Virus record (IMG/VR): IMGVR_UViG_3300025319_000005
Coordinates: 62,001 to 126,000 of that record
DNA: 64,000 nucleotides
Reading direction: 5' to 3' (one strand)
The notes below the pieces were generated by a model. That model saw only the letters and a list, made by a program, of their open reading frames with translations. It did not search any database and had not been told where the DNA came from. Every line of letters starts with the position of its first letter. Position 1 is the first letter of the stretch. This document shows, piece after piece, positions 10,179 through 20,291 of the stretch. Position numbers and translations under genes: made by a program.

Positions 10179-10291
10179 ATTGTACTATACAATAAATTAA
10201 AACACTACGTTACAATTTTTAAACTTGAGGCCACCGGGATTAAATCCGGGCCAGCCAGGAGGCTCCCAATACCCATTTTTTTAATTTTTTA

Positions 10292-10372
10292 GATATACGA
10301 TTAATCAAAGTCAATTTATGTCACAAAGATAAATAATTTGTGACAGAAATACAGTTTTATATTTCATATATC
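10292..10372. repeat. Nested palindromic element copy 2
   Basis: Same architecture, CATATATC variant. Confidence 0.9.
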
Positions 10373-10638
10373 TACAAGTCAAAAAAACAGGCTTTTTCTT
10401 GCTGCTGGTTAGCCGCCATTCTGCTGCTTTTTTCTGGTTTTTTAACCAGTTGAAATTCTAATTTATCAATGTTTATAGCACTTACAGAGCTTTGTTTAGC
10501 CGCTGGTTCCTGGAAATCCTGAAGTTGGCGAGTTCTAAAAAAGAAAACCCCGGAGAATGTCCGAGGTTATTAGTGTTGATGTTAAAAAATAAAATCCACC
10601 AAACGGAAGAGCCGAAGGTGGATTTTACTTTATAATCG

Positions 10639-10735
10639 TGGAAACAAAAGGACTCGAACCTATACATCTACTTTTTCAGGGTAGCACTCTACCGAACTTT
10701 TGACAGCTCTCCTTTCGGAGTTGAGTTACATTTCC
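10639..10735 (-). tRNA. tRNA-Phe(GAA)-like gene with enlarged D-loop (possibly pseudo)
   Basis: Acceptor GGAAATG/TGTTTCC, D stem ACTC/GAGT enclosing extra CTCC-GAAA-GGAG hairpin, loop CTGAAAA, T loop TTCGAGT; mismatches in anticodon and T stems. Confidence 0.6.
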
Positions 10736-10789
10736 TTGTTACATTATAAAACGAATATGTTTTATAATTGTTTCACAAAACTAAAAAAA

Positions 10790-11023
10790 TTATTCTACTA
10801 TTCCAAGTTTATTTAAAAAATTATTTGCGTATTCTACTGCATTTTTAATAGATGCTTGATGGTCATCCTTGAAATCATAAGCAACGGCATCAATAGCAGA
10901 ATGTATTTCATTCATTAATTCACACATCGCTTTTAAATTCTCTAATCTTTTAGCATCCACTTCTGATTTCCCAACTGGTCTAATTTCACCAATTAGCTTT
11001 TTTACTACATCGTAATTTGTCAT
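10790..11023 (-). CDS. hypothetical protein between two tRNA-like genes
   Basis: ORF track. Confidence 0.7.
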   Translation of the reverse strand: MTNYDVVKKLIGEIRPVGKSEVDAKRLENLKAMCELMNEIHSAIDAVAYDFKDDHQASIKNAVEYANNFLNKLGIVE

Positions 11024-11045
11024 CGTTTTATGTTTTGAGTTTTAG

Positions 11046-11119
11046 TGGAAGAAATTGGATTTGAACCAATGGCACAAACGTTTTCGGCGTTTTGCTCTAC
11101 CAGACTGAGCTACCCTTCC
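11046..11119 (-). tRNA. tRNA-Phe(GAA), non-canonical C33
   Basis: GGAAGGG TA GCTC AGTCTGGTA GAGC A AAACG CCGAAAA CGTTT GTGCC ATTGG TTCAAAT CCAAT TTCTTCC A; starts just after a promoter motif. Confidence 0.85.
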
Positions 11120-11156
11120 AGTTATAATGTACTATACAAAAAGAATTATTGCTACG

Positions 11157-11411
11157 TTACAAAAGTGCGATTTTTATGCTTGTTTGTAGGTCTTTAAGGA
11201 ATTTTGTTTCATCTTCCATTTCAGCGCCACCAAATTCAATATTACGTTGAATGGCTCTTTCTGTGAATTTGCCCATTTGGAACGCTTCTAATGGAGTTAA
11301 ATCTTTTGGTGATGTTTCTGCTTTAGTACAGACTTTTTGCCAAGTTTGTGTTTGAAGTGTATTTAATTCACCGCTGAAGGTAAATAATGGTCTTATGATT
11401 TCAAATAGCAT
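11157..11411 (-). CDS. hypothetical protein
   Basis: Motif upstream; stop in TGTAAC. Confidence 0.7.
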   Translation of the reverse strand: MLFEIIRPLFTFSGELNTLQTQTWQKVCTKAETSPKDLTPLEAFQMGKFTERAIQRNIEFGGAEMEDETKFLKDLQTSIKIALL

Positions 11412-11476
11412 GAGATATGTTTTTTAGTTATAATGTACTATACAAATTAAAATCGAGTTGCGTTACAAAAAATGTT

Positions 11477-11749
11477 TTATCTAATTTCTTCAGAAATACG
11501 TTCTGCTTCTGCAAGTGTCCAAATGTTATCTTCCATTGCTTTCTCCCTTTTAAATAAAGTAAAACCCCAGACTCCATTTGTATTGTATTTAATCTCGATA
11601 CCATTCTTAGTAGAAATATGACGATAGGATATTTTCCCTTCTTTTACTTTAAATGGTTCATTAGAGCCAATTTGTTGAAACAATCTCCCTTTAGCATCAG
11701 CAAGGAATGTTACATCACCTTTTTTCTCTATAAAATTAAGTCCTTCCAT
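11477..11749 (-). CDS. hypothetical protein
   Basis: Operon. Confidence 0.7.
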   Translation of the reverse strand: MEGLNFIEKKGDVTFLADAKGRLFQQIGSNEPFKVKEGKISYRHISTKNGIEIKYNTNGVWGFTLFKREKAMEDNIWTLAEAERISEEIR

Positions 11750-11755
11750 TTTGTT

Positions 11756-12298
11756 TTATTTTAAATCATTTCTAAATACCAATACATTCGCTTGAAGTAC
11801 AGAACTATACACTAAAGCCTTTTTAGCATATTTCTTTGGCTCTTCGATTAATTCAACACAATCAACAATCCGAGTTCCTTCATGTTGACTAACTCTGTAA
11901 GTATCAATAGCGTATTCTTGCTTTACGTTTTTCAAAAACTCTTTAACTTTTTCGTCTATTTCTTTTTCATTTAATTCACTTATTTTCAAGTAAGTTAAAT
12001 TTTCAAAAAATTCTCCCTCTCTGCCTGCTATTAACCAATCAGCCATTTCTTGTAAGTGAGAAGGCAAAATATCATCTTCATTTTCAAAATCAAACAGGGA
12101 AGAATTTGAGCTATCATTAACCATTTTCTCAAAGGCATAAGCATAATCCTTTTTTAAAAATCTTCCATTTAAGCGTTCCCTGTAACATTGTCCAACCAGA
12201 TGCTCCCCATTATGCCAAATAATTGCTACACCGCCATCTTCTGCTAATAAAGTGCCATCGCTTCCACCTTCGTTTATATATAAGAATTTGTTTTCCAT
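11756..12298 (-). CDS. hypothetical protein (likely leaderless)
   Basis: ATG directly follows motif. Confidence 0.75.
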   Translation of the reverse strand: MENKFLYINEGGSDGTLLAEDGGVAIIWHNGEHLVGQCYRERLNGRFLKKDYAYAFEKMVNDSSNSSLFDFENEDDILPSHLQEMADWLIAGREGEFFENLTYLKISELNEKEIDEKVKEFLKNVKQEYAIDTYRVSQHEGTRIVDCVELIEEPKKYAKKALVYSSVLQANVLVFRNDLK

Positions 12299-12329
12299 AA
12301 TGCACTATACAAGTTTTAATTTAACTGCG

Positions 12330-12644
12330 TTACAAAAAAGAACAATTGGATAGAAATTCTTTTTGCTTATCAGTAAGTTCTCCAACAAATTCATATTCAA
12401 TTTCATCGCAAGTAAAAACCTTGCCTTCTATTACTGTTGTAGTTGTTTTTACAATAATAAGTTCAGCTCCAAGTAGCCGTTCAAATCCCATTCCCGAATC
12501 CAAAGAACCGTCAAGTCCTTTTGTTGCCTGTTTGATTATTTCATCTTTGGTTTTTCCAGTTAATTTTGTTGCTGGATATGCTCCAGTACCTCCACCCCAA
12601 AGATTTCCTAATACTGTTCCTGTCGATTTAAATGAAGTTTTCAT
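12330..12644 (-). CDS. Gly-rich hypothetical protein
   Basis: Start reassigned downstream of motif; stop in TGTAAC. Confidence 0.7.
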   Translation of the reverse strand: MKTSFKSTGTVLGNLWGGGTGAYPATKLTGKTKDEIIKQATKGLDGSLDSGMGFERLLGAELIIVKTTTTVIEGKVFTCDEIEYEFVGELTDKQKEFLSNCSFL

Positions 12645-12710
12645 GGTGTTTGTTTTTGGTTTATAACGCACTATACAAAAAAGAATTTAATTGCGTTACA
12701 TTAACTAATA

Positions 12711-12962
12711 TTATTCAAGTTCTTTACCGTTTTCGTCCATTTGAAAAAAGTCTATTGAACTACCTTGTTTTTGAACAAGTTTAACAGCTTTTAACCCTTT
12801 TACTTTTTGATTTCTAATTTTAAAATCATGTACTCCCGAAAATGAGCCAGTGTTACATTCTTCTTCAATATCATCAATACTCATATTTCTATCAATCGGT
12901 TCTTCTGACAGAACTTCAACTTGATATACTGTTCTGTAAAGTGTTTTTGTTTTAGGCTTCAT
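12711..12962 (-). CDS. hypothetical protein
   Basis: Motif upstream. Confidence 0.7.
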   Translation of the reverse strand: MKPKTKTLYRTVYQVEVLSEEPIDRNMSIDDIEEECNTGSFSGVHDFKIRNQKVKGLKAVKLVQKQGSSIDFFQMDENGKELE

Positions 12963-13020
12963 GGCTGTTTTTATTTAAGTTATAATGTACTATACAAATT
13001 TTAATTTGATTGTGTTACAA

Positions 13021-13230
13021 CTATTTTACATCAGAATAAACACATTCGTAAGAACACCCAAGTGAACTTCCACCTTCTAACATAAAACTAACTGTTAAAT
13101 CTTTGTCATTATGCTTAAGAACAATAAAGTTTTCGCCGATTGTATTACCACCATATTCAATAACTTCGTAATCATTATCATTAGCAAAATTACTAATTTC
13201 TTCATAGTTGCAAATTTGTCCTTTTTTCAT
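13021..13230 (-). CDS. hypothetical protein
   Basis: Motif upstream. Confidence 0.7.
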   Translation of the reverse strand: MKKGQICNYEEISNFANDNDYEVIEYGGNTIGENFIVLKHNDKDLTVSFMLEGGSSLGCSYECVYSDVK

Positions 13231-13362
13231 AACGTTTGTTTTTGGTTGTAATGTACTATACGAATTTAAAACATATCGCGTTACAAAAACATAAAATAAC
13301 AGGCGGATGTTTCTGGAGAAGCCCGTCGCCGGCGAGTTCTGGAGCTATTTTTGATTTTAAAA

Positions 13363-13444
13363 GATATACGTAAAATCCAACTCAATTTTTGTCACAAACT
13401 TAATTCTTTTCGTGACACAATTTCAGATTTATATTTCGTATATC
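13363..13444. repeat. Nested palindromic element copy 3
   Basis: Same architecture. Confidence 0.95.
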
Positions 13445-13534
13445 CAAATCAAAGAAAATTCTACTCCAGGAGCCTCCAGGGATTCTGAAGCACCGGAGGC
13501 TTCATATATTTATCTTCAGGATTTTACAAAAAAC

Positions 13535-13565
13535 AAAAGCCCCAACATTTCTGCCGGGGCTTTTC
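13535..13565 (-). terminator. Conserved intrinsic terminator family ending each array block
   Basis: AAAGCCCCGGCAGAAATGTTGGGGCTTTTGTTTT on minus strand; related copies near 5022, 10543, 16060, 18360, 21505, 23370, 25207, 25960, 27405, 29420. Confidence 0.85.
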
Positions 13566-13583
13566 TTTAAATTTGAAACTTTA

Positions 13584-13865
13584 CTATTCTTCACCGAATA
13601 CATGACAAGCAAACGTATCAATGAACTCTTGATCGTTATAGTCGCTGAATTTATCTCCTATGATGGTATCATCGCCTTCAAATTTGAACTGGTAATGAAA
13701 TCCATTCCTCACAGTTCTTATATAGAAGTATTCTTCTCCCTTTTTGTGTTCTATGCCGTTATTTGCTTCTTTAATGGTGTAAATTCTTTCTTCACCATAT
13801 TTGGTAATCTTTAAGGATTTTCCTGATAGGATAACTTTAAATCCGTTGTGGGTTATTTTGTTCAT
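13584..13865 (-). CDS. hypothetical protein
   Basis: Operon; terminator downstream. Confidence 0.7.
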   Translation of the reverse strand: MNKITHNGFKVILSGKSLKITKYGEERIYTIKEANNGIEHKKGEEYFYIRTVRNGFHYQFKFEGDDTIIGDKFSDYNDQEFIDTFACHVFGEE

Positions 13866-13880
13866 GGGAATAGGTTTTGG

Positions 13881-14105
13881 TTAGTTTAATTTAATACCTG
13901 ATTTTTCAATTACTTCTTTTACGTTTCCGCAGGGGAACATCAAACCATTAATATTACCGTTTCTTAAAAACCTATCTAAATAATGAACTATCATTTCTAA
14001 ATCGGCTCTACTGCAAGTAATACCAAGAACTTTCACTCCCCTGTATTCACTGTTGTCAATTATGTTTTGAACTTTTGCTTTTAAAGCTGTTGCCTTGTTT
14101 TTCAT
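13881..14105 (-). CDS. hypothetical protein
   Basis: Motif upstream. Confidence 0.7.
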   Translation of the reverse strand: MKNKATALKAKVQNIIDNSEYRGVKVLGITCSRADLEMIVHYLDRFLRNGNINGLMFPCGNVKEVIEKSGIKLN

Positions 14106-14291
14106 GGTGTTTTGTTTTGGTTATAATGTACTATACCAAAAATTAAAACACGGTGTTACAAATAAAGGGAGAATAAACGAAGAAAGTCCGAAAAGGGTTT
14201 TGTTATTCCCTGTCGGACTTTCTATATGTTGAGCCTTAGCTCTTGTGGCTTATAGCCTATGTTTTGTTTTTTTCTTTCCGGGGCAGTTAAT

Positions 14292-14678
14292 TTAACAATA
14301 AAATGATTGCGATAAACCAAATTTGTTTGGTAAAACGTGCCGGGTAATTGTTTCAATAGTTTCATTATATAAGTAATTCGGGATTACGCTGCATAAATCC
14401 ACGTCACGCTCTCTCCGTATTCCTTTACATATAACCATTTCATTTCTTTTTTCCGAGTTTCTCGCTACGATTCCAAGATTTTCTTCGTTGAATACTTCCG
14501 AAGCAACTATTGAAATTCCTAAAATATTCGCAGGTAATTCAATATTAACAATAGAAGTTTCAAAAATTAGAGGTTGTCCTCTTGCTGATTTTCCATGCTC
14601 TGTAATTCTCGGAGCAGTTACCGCCGACAATGTAAAAATAATTTGCGTCAGCATAAAAATTAAGCCAATTCGTTTCAT
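14292..14678 (-). CDS. hypothetical protein with signal-peptide-like N-terminus
   Basis: MKRIGLIFMLTQIIFTLSA; AAGGAGG upstream. Confidence 0.55.
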   Translation of the reverse strand: MKRIGLIFMLTQIIFTLSAVTAPRITEHGKSARGQPLIFETSIVNIELPANILGISIVASEVFNEENLGIVARNSEKRNEMVICKGIRRERDVDLCSVIPNYLYNETIETITRHVLPNKFGLSQSFYC

Positions 14679-14877
14679 GTGTTTTAGTCCTCCTTTGTTT
14701 TAATGGTTAATACTACTTTACTACTTGCCTGAGCTTGCGCCTCAAGTTCCTTTGCGTGGAAATGATACATTTCACATTCGCGATTCATAATCTCTTTTTG
14801 CTCCTTCATGCTTTTTTGATTATTTTAAGTTTATTTATAATGTACTATACCAAAATTAAAAGACAGGTGTTACACTT

Positions 14878-15162
14878 TTAAAACAATTTATTGTACTTAT
14901 TTTCGTAGGTAACAGGGAGAACTATCTCTCTTTCAAAAACATCAAACCACGTAGTATCAGATAATTCATGAAAATCGCCATCTCCAGTAATTTCGTCAAT
15001 CACTTTTAAATCTTCTTCAAGCACTTCTGCGTTTTTAGTACCTTCGTGTATTATATCAACAACGGATTTTACTTCGGCTTTAACTTCTTCAATACTATTA
15101 TGAACAGTTAAGCCGTGTTCGCCTGATTTGTGGCTCATAAAAAGAATAAATACCTTTTTCAT
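14878..15162 (-). CDS. hypothetical protein
   Basis: Operon. Confidence 0.7.
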   Translation of the reverse strand: MKKVFILFMSHKSGEHGLTVHNSIEEVKAEVKSVVDIIHEGTKNAEVLEEDLKVIDEITGDGDFHELSDTTWFDVFEREIVLPVTYENKYNKLF

Positions 15163-15173
15163 TTTGTTTGGTT

Positions 15174-15425
15174 TTAGTTATAAGCAAAATTTCTGTTTTT
15201 ATTGATAGCGATGGTCATCAGAACAATTTTTTCAGTAAAGTGCATTTTATATTTTTGTTCTAATAATGTACCTTCTGAATCAATCACTTCCAATTCTTTT
15301 TTATCATTCAAATTTTCAGCAGTTGCATATCTTTCGTTTATTTTTTTAAACTCTTCTAATAGTTTCGCTTCTTTTTCAACAATTTTAACTATTTTTGCTT
15401 CTAAATTTTGTCCGTTGAGTAGCAT
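15174..15425 (-). CDS. hypothetical coiled-coil protein
   Basis: Motif upstream. Confidence 0.7.
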   Translation of the reverse strand: MLLNGQNLEAKIVKIVEKEAKLLEEFKKINERYATAENLNDKKELEVIDSEGTLLEQKYKMHFTEKIVLMTIAINKNRNFAYN

Positions 15426-15524
15426 GATGTTTTAGATTTAGTTGGTTTATAATGTGATACTTTGTTGTTTGCAATGTACTATACCAAAAGAAATTGTATT
15501 GCGTTACAACTTTATTGAACTATG

Positions 15525-15734
15525 TTACACAAATACAATATTATGTTTCTTTGCCCAAGACTTAGCACGTTGTTCTGCCTTATCTATTTCAGAAGTAAAG
15601 CATTTAATAAATCCCCAAGCCTGTCCTACTGGAACAATTCTTGACCGTTGAACATTCCACATTCCACCTCTCCAATGAATATAATCAGTAAGAAGGTAAT
15701 ACTTTTGAACTTTGATTTCTGTTTTCGTTTCCAT
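15525..15734 (-). CDS. hypothetical protein (likely leaderless)
   Basis: ATG directly follows motif. Confidence 0.7.
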   Translation of the reverse strand: METKTEIKVQKYYLLTDYIHWRGGMWNVQRSRIVPVGQAWGFIKCFTSEIDKAEQRAKSWAKKHNIVFV

Positions 15735-15839
15735 AATGTACTATACAAAAAAGAATTTAATCGCGTTACAGAAATATTAGAATAGTTGGCGGATGTTTCT
15801 GGAGGAGAAGCCCGTCCAGTAAGGATTTAAACAGATTTT

Positions 15840-15921
15840 GATATACGTAAAATCCAATTAAATTCCTGTCACGAAAAGAATTTAATTAGTGACAGGATTT
15901 CGGATTTATATTTCGTATATC
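15840..15921. repeat. Nested palindromic element copy 4
   Basis: Same architecture; central spacer in reverse orientation. Confidence 0.95.
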
Positions 15922-15960
15922 TATTTTAAAATAAAATTCATCAGCTGGTCGCCGGCTCCT

Positions 15961-16050
15961 GGGATTTTTCGGGATTTTTCGGGATTTGTCAGGATTCGTC
16001 GGGATTTTTCGGGATTCGTCGGGATTTTACGGGATTCATCAGGATTTTAC
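15961..16050. repeat. Tandem 10-bp repeat x9 (consensus GGGATTTTTC)
   Basis: gggatttttc gggatttttc gggatttgtc aggattcgtc gggatttttc gggattcgtc gggattttac gggattcatc aggattttac. Confidence 0.95.
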
Positions 16051-16287
16051 CAAAAACAAAAAAGCCACACATTTCTGCATGGCTCTTTAAATAAAATTTG
16101 CTCAACTTATAACTACGCTTGATTCCCCTTAATTGTTGTGACTCGTTCGGGTATTGTATCTGGTTTCAATGCGTTTATATTTATTTGTGTATCTGTTGCT
16201 TGGATAAATTCTTTTTTAAGGTCAGCCCAAAATCCAATTCTTTCAATTTCTAACATAATATGTTTTTTTAAATAAATATGATTGATT

Positions 16288-16503
16288 TTAACGTGTATAA
16301 ATTAAACCATCATTTTTTGCCTTAAGACGTTCTTTCATGCTTCCATCTTTCTTTAGACATTCTTCAACTGGAAAATCCCGATAATGTGTTGCGCCTTCTC
16401 CAAACTTAATTTCCAATGCCGTTGGCTTTCTATGGTACGTTAATTCTTTTATATTCCTTTCTGCAAAAATTTCTTTGTCGGTAGGAAGTGCTTTCTTTTT
16501 CAT
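16288..16503 (-). CDS. hypothetical protein
   Basis: ATGA overlap with upstream ORF. Confidence 0.7.
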   Translation of the reverse strand: MKKKALPTDKEIFAERNIKELTYHRKPTALEIKFGEGATHYRDFPVEECLKKDGSMKERLKAKNDGLIYTR

Positions 16504-16730
16504 TTGCTTTGGTTTTTTAAATCGTCAGGAAGTCCAACACCATCAAAATTATAATTTCCTTTTTTACATTCTGCAAGTTCAGCATCACACGCTTCTCTGT
16601 ATTTCGGATGCAGTTTTTCTTTATCTATACAAGAGATACATAAAATTTCTCTGTTGAACATAGACATTTTTGTAATGTTATTGGTGGGTTCATTACACCT
16701 ATCGCAGATACCTTTTACTTTCTCGTCCAT
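16500..16730 (-). CDS. small putative Zn-binding protein
   Basis: CDRC...CISC. Confidence 0.7.
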   Translation of the reverse strand: MDEKVKGICDRCNEPTNNITKMSMFNREILCISCIDKEKLHPKYREACDAELAECKKGNYNFDGVGLPDDLKNQSK

Positions 16731-16811
16731 GACATTTTATTTTGGTTATAATGTACTATACAAAAAATTAAATTGTTGCGTTACAACTTCGTTGGGTTTC
16801 ACCACAGATTT

Positions 16812-17222
16812 TTACCCTACCTGTTTTACTTTACCACACTCTTTGCAAATCCAATGATGTTTATCGCACACTTCTGATACACCATCATCAACGTATATAG
16901 CCTTAGTATCACACTCACATTTACACCAAAAATCATCGCTTTCTTCATTTATCTCTTCGATTTGTTCTTTAGCATCGCGTTCCTTTTGTAAATTTTTAAT
17001 AACTTTCCCATCACGAACTTCAAGCGGCCATCCGTATTTAATAAAATCTTTCCCTTTAATGTTTGTTTCATTGGTTCTACGAACTCCTTTTTTGTGAGTT
17101 ATGTTATCTCTTGTCCGAGAATGTGAGCCGGAAGTTTCGCCAAAGTGTTTTTTGTCTTTATGCTTTTTGCGGTCTTTAGCAGTGTACTCTTCTCCCTTAT
17201 ATTTTTTTTTTGTCTTGCTCAT
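16812..17222 (-). CDS. basic protein with C-terminal Cys/His cluster
   Basis: WCKCEC...CDKHHWICKECG. Confidence 0.7.
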   Translation of the reverse strand: MSKTKKKYKGEEYTAKDRKKHKDKKHFGETSGSHSRTRDNITHKKGVRRTNETNIKGKDFIKYGWPLEVRDGKVIKNLQKERDAKEQIEEINEESDDFWCKCECDTKAIYVDDGVSEVCDKHHWICKECGKVKQVG

Positions 17223-17313
17223 TTGATTTCAGTTTTACCATTAATGTTAATTACAATGTACTATACGAACTTTAATTCTTTTGCGTTACAACTTCGTTGA
17301 ACTTCGTTACAAG

Positions 17314-17577
17314 TTATACCATTTCTTCCACATTTGCACCTAATTCTGCTAATACATTTGAAACGCTAATCATTCTTACTGTGTCTGTTTCAGAAATACA
17401 CTCGGTGTCAATTTTGTGATAAGCAACTTCAAGAAGGGTTCCGATTTCATCTACATGGTCTTCTTCTACATACAAAGACGCTGATTCCTTCATTTGAATT
17501 CTTTCAGCTTCATTGCTCGTAAAGTAGTCAATAAAATTCTCAATTATCATTAACTTAAATTCATCTGTTTTTTTCAT
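17314..17577 (-). CDS. acidic hypothetical protein
   Basis: ORF track. Confidence 0.65.
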   Translation of the reverse strand: MKKTDEFKLMIIENFIDYFTSNEAERIQMKESASLYVEEDHVDEIGTLLEVAYHKIDTECISETDTVRMISVSNVLAELGANVEEMV

Positions 17578-17808
17578 GGCTTTATTGTTTGGTTGATTAA
17601 TTTTTACTTCTCCAGATTTTTATTGCATCTTTTATAGAGTAAAACAAAAATTTTTTCCCTTGAATGTTAACAACTCCATTACTGTATTTATAAGCATAAA
17701 CGCCATTTCTAACTTTTGTTTTACTGATTGGGGTTGCGAATAAGTCAGGTTGCATTTGCTTTTAAGTTTTGGTTTGTAATGTACTATACAAAATTAAATA
17801 ATATTACG

Positions 17809-18006
17809 TTACACTTTGCCACAATTCTTTAATTCAGTTTCAGTAGCTATTTTGAATAACTCCCAAAACTGTTTGCTTTCCAATAAACACAACTGAATAA
17901 CACCAAATAACTCCAACATGGTTTTCCGATTATCTCTTTCATTCCATTCTAAAAGATAATAATAACATCGTGCAGGAACTTCTATATCATCTAAGCATTT
18001 TTTCAT
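17809..18006 (-). CDS. hypothetical protein
   Basis: Stop in TGTAAC. Confidence 0.6.
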   Translation of the reverse strand: MKKCLDDIEVPARCYYYLLEWNERDNRKTMLELFGVIQLCLLESKQFWELFKIATETELKNCGKV

Positions 18007-18185
18007 AATGTACTGCCGTTAGGCGTATGTTATTTATAACGTACTATACGAAAAAGAATTGAGCCATGTTACACGTTACGGGTGCGTTTAGGATTTTACA
18101 ACAATTAATTGCATCTAACGGATGGCGGATATACGCAGTTTTGCAGCGTTTTGCAGCGAAAATTTAAGTGATTTTAAAACTAAAA

Positions 18186-18267
18186 GATATACGTAAAATC
18201 CAATTCAATTTGTGTCACGAATTTAATTCTTTTCGTGACATAATCTCATTTTTATATTTCGTATATC
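18186..18267. repeat. Nested palindromic element copy 5
   Basis: Same architecture. Confidence 0.95.
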
Positions 18268-18632
18268 AAAATCAAAGTAAAATTCCACTGCGGAGCCTCC
18301 AGGAAATCTAAAGTTCCGGTGCTTCAGAACTTTGGGCATCAGGATTTTACCACAAAACAAAAACCCCAACATTTCTGCCGGGGCTTTTTTATTAATCTTT
18401 TATCTAATATATAAGTAATCATTATTATAAATTACCTCTTGGGGGCATCTCTTGTCCGATTCATCTCGTCTGAGTTTAAGGGTTAATACTAATTAACGCG
18501 AATAATGTGTTTAGCTACCAATTCAGCTACAATTACGCTGTTTATTTTTTGTATTGCTTGGTCTATTGTAAGTCCTAAAAGCAACCATTGTTTTAAGTCC
18601 ATGTGATTTAATATTAAAGTTAACGTTTGAGT

Positions 18633-18785
18633 TTATAAATTGCGATTTCCACAAGTACAACAATATTTTGCTATCATTAACCTGTTAGTTTTGCAATGAT
18701 TACAGTAGTGGTTGATTTTTGCTACAACGTATTTTACTTCTGCATTGACAACTTTTGATTTGGATTTTATTTCTGTCGTTTCCAT
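18633..18785 (-). CDS. small Zn-ribbon protein
   Basis: METTEIK...CNHC...CCTCG; start reassigned. Confidence 0.6.
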   Translation of the reverse strand: METTEIKSKSKVVNAEVKYVVAKINHYCNHCKTNRLMIAKYCCTCGNRNL

Positions 18786-18876
18786 GACTTTAAGTTTTGG
18801 TTTGTAATGTACTGCCTTCGGCGGCGTTCTTAACGCACTATACCAAAAGAAATTGTATTGTGTTACAAAAACGGAG

Positions 18877-19122
18877 TTAATCCCAATCTTTTGCAAGTTC
18901 AATGTTTTCTATTAATGTTGAATTACTTTTTAACCATTGGATAGGTTCAGGACAGTTTGGAGTTTGATCGATTACTGCAACACCATAGTATTTATTGGAT
19001 TTCCAAATTTCTTTTGCTTGGTCAACTGCAGTCTTAAATGGAAGTCCAGTTGCAACTGGAACTGCTCCATGCACATCGCTTTTAAATGTGGCTATTTCAA
19101 ATTTTGTTGTGGCGTTTTTCAT
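18877..19122 (-). CDS. hypothetical protein
   Basis: Operon. Confidence 0.7.
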   Translation of the reverse strand: MKNATTKFEIATFKSDVHGAVPVATGLPFKTAVDQAKEIWKSNKYYGVAVIDQTPNCPEPIQWLKSNSTLIENIELAKDWD

Positions 19123-19139
19123 GGTTGGTTGTTTTTTGT

Positions 19140-19478
19140 TTAAAATTTATAGTCAGCAATCTTTTCAATTTTTTCATCCAATAGATTAAAAATTTCATCT
19201 ATATAAATTTCATTAAAAATCTGCTGTATTGTTCCTTGCGTAGAAGTTAAATAAATATCAAAGGCATCCATAAAATTAAGATAAATATAAACATGACCTT
19301 TGTGGTGATGCCCATTAACTTTGAAACGCAAAGCTGATTCAGTCATTTTAGTAAAGCCATGAGCTCCCCAAGACCAAAATTTTGCTTTATGGGCATAAAG
19401 AAAATCTACAATCTCTTTATGATCCATTATTCTCCCCTCCCTTAATCCTTCAATATTTATTTTTTCTCCGATTTTCAT
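19140..19478 (-). CDS. phage hypothetical protein
   Basis: FWSWGA...FKVNGHHHKGHVYI; motif upstream. Confidence 0.75.
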   Translation of the reverse strand: MKIGEKINIEGLREGRIMDHKEIVDFLYAHKAKFWSWGAHGFTKMTESALRFKVNGHHHKGHVYIYLNFMDAFDIYLTSTQGTIQQIFNEIYIDEIFNLLDEKIEKIADYKF

Positions 19479-19528
19479 GGTTGGTTATTTTGGTTATAAT
19501 GGACTATACGAATTTTAATTCTTTCGTG

Positions 19529-19933
19529 TTACAAATCTCCTTTAATTCCAAGTTTATCTTTCCGCTCCTTTGCCATTTCTTCCAGTTTTAATTGAAAACT
19601 ACTTTTTTTCTTGGGAAGCATCCAACCGTCTGTTTGTACTGGTGCAGAAGTAGCAGAATTTTCCTTTAAAAGACGCCTATTATCTTTGTATCTGCCACTT
19701 TTAGGGAGAATTATATTTAAAATTCCTAATGCAATAATAGATGCAAGCATAGTAAGTAAAATCACAATTCCACTTGTATAAACAATCATTACTATAACAA
19801 GTATGATTTTGATTAATCCAAGCCATTCAGTTTGTGGTATCGCGTTTATAATTAGGTCATACAACAGAGTATCTAAATATATGACAAACCAAGCGCAAAG
19901 ACCTACGATAATAATTTTTAATAATGTGTTCAT
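19529..19933 (-). CDS. membrane protein
   Basis: 2-3 hydrophobic segments; stop in TGTAAC. Confidence 0.75.
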   Translation of the reverse strand: MNTLLKIIIVGLCAWFVIYLDTLLYDLIINAIPQTEWLGLIKIILVIVMIVYTSGIVILLTMLASIIALGILNIILPKSGRYKDNRRLLKENSATSAPVQTDGWMLPKKKSSFQLKLEEMAKERKDKLGIKGDL

Positions 19934-19945
19934 GTTTTTTTGGTT

Positions 19946-20239
19946 TTAAGGTTTGATTTCTATTTGTTTTGTGTTTCCGTTCCAATCTCCAATTCTCCCC
20001 TCCCATACCCTTCCGTTATATGATACGTGAGCGATGATTTTATTGTTTTCATCGAGTATCTCCCCGCCACTCCAGTTACCACTCCCCAAATCATTATTAT
20101 CAATAAAATCTCGACAAACATCACTTGCTTCTTTGAAAGACGTTACGGTAACAACTTTATTCTTTTCAGAGCCGTATAATCTTTGATTTGGATTTTGACC
20201 GAAGTCGGGATTTCCTACTGAACTTAATTTGACTTTCAT
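19946..20239 (-). CDS. phage hypothetical protein
   Basis: GNPDFGQ...GNWSGG...VSYNGRVW; motif upstream. Confidence 0.75.
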   Translation of the reverse strand: MKVKLSSVGNPDFGQNPNQRLYGSEKNKVVTVTSFKEASDVCRDFIDNNDLGSGNWSGGEILDENNKIIAHVSYNGRVWEGRIGDWNGNTKQIEIKP

Positions 20240-20291
20240 GGAATATGGTTTTTGGTTTGTAGTGTACTATACCAATTTTAATTTAAGGGTG

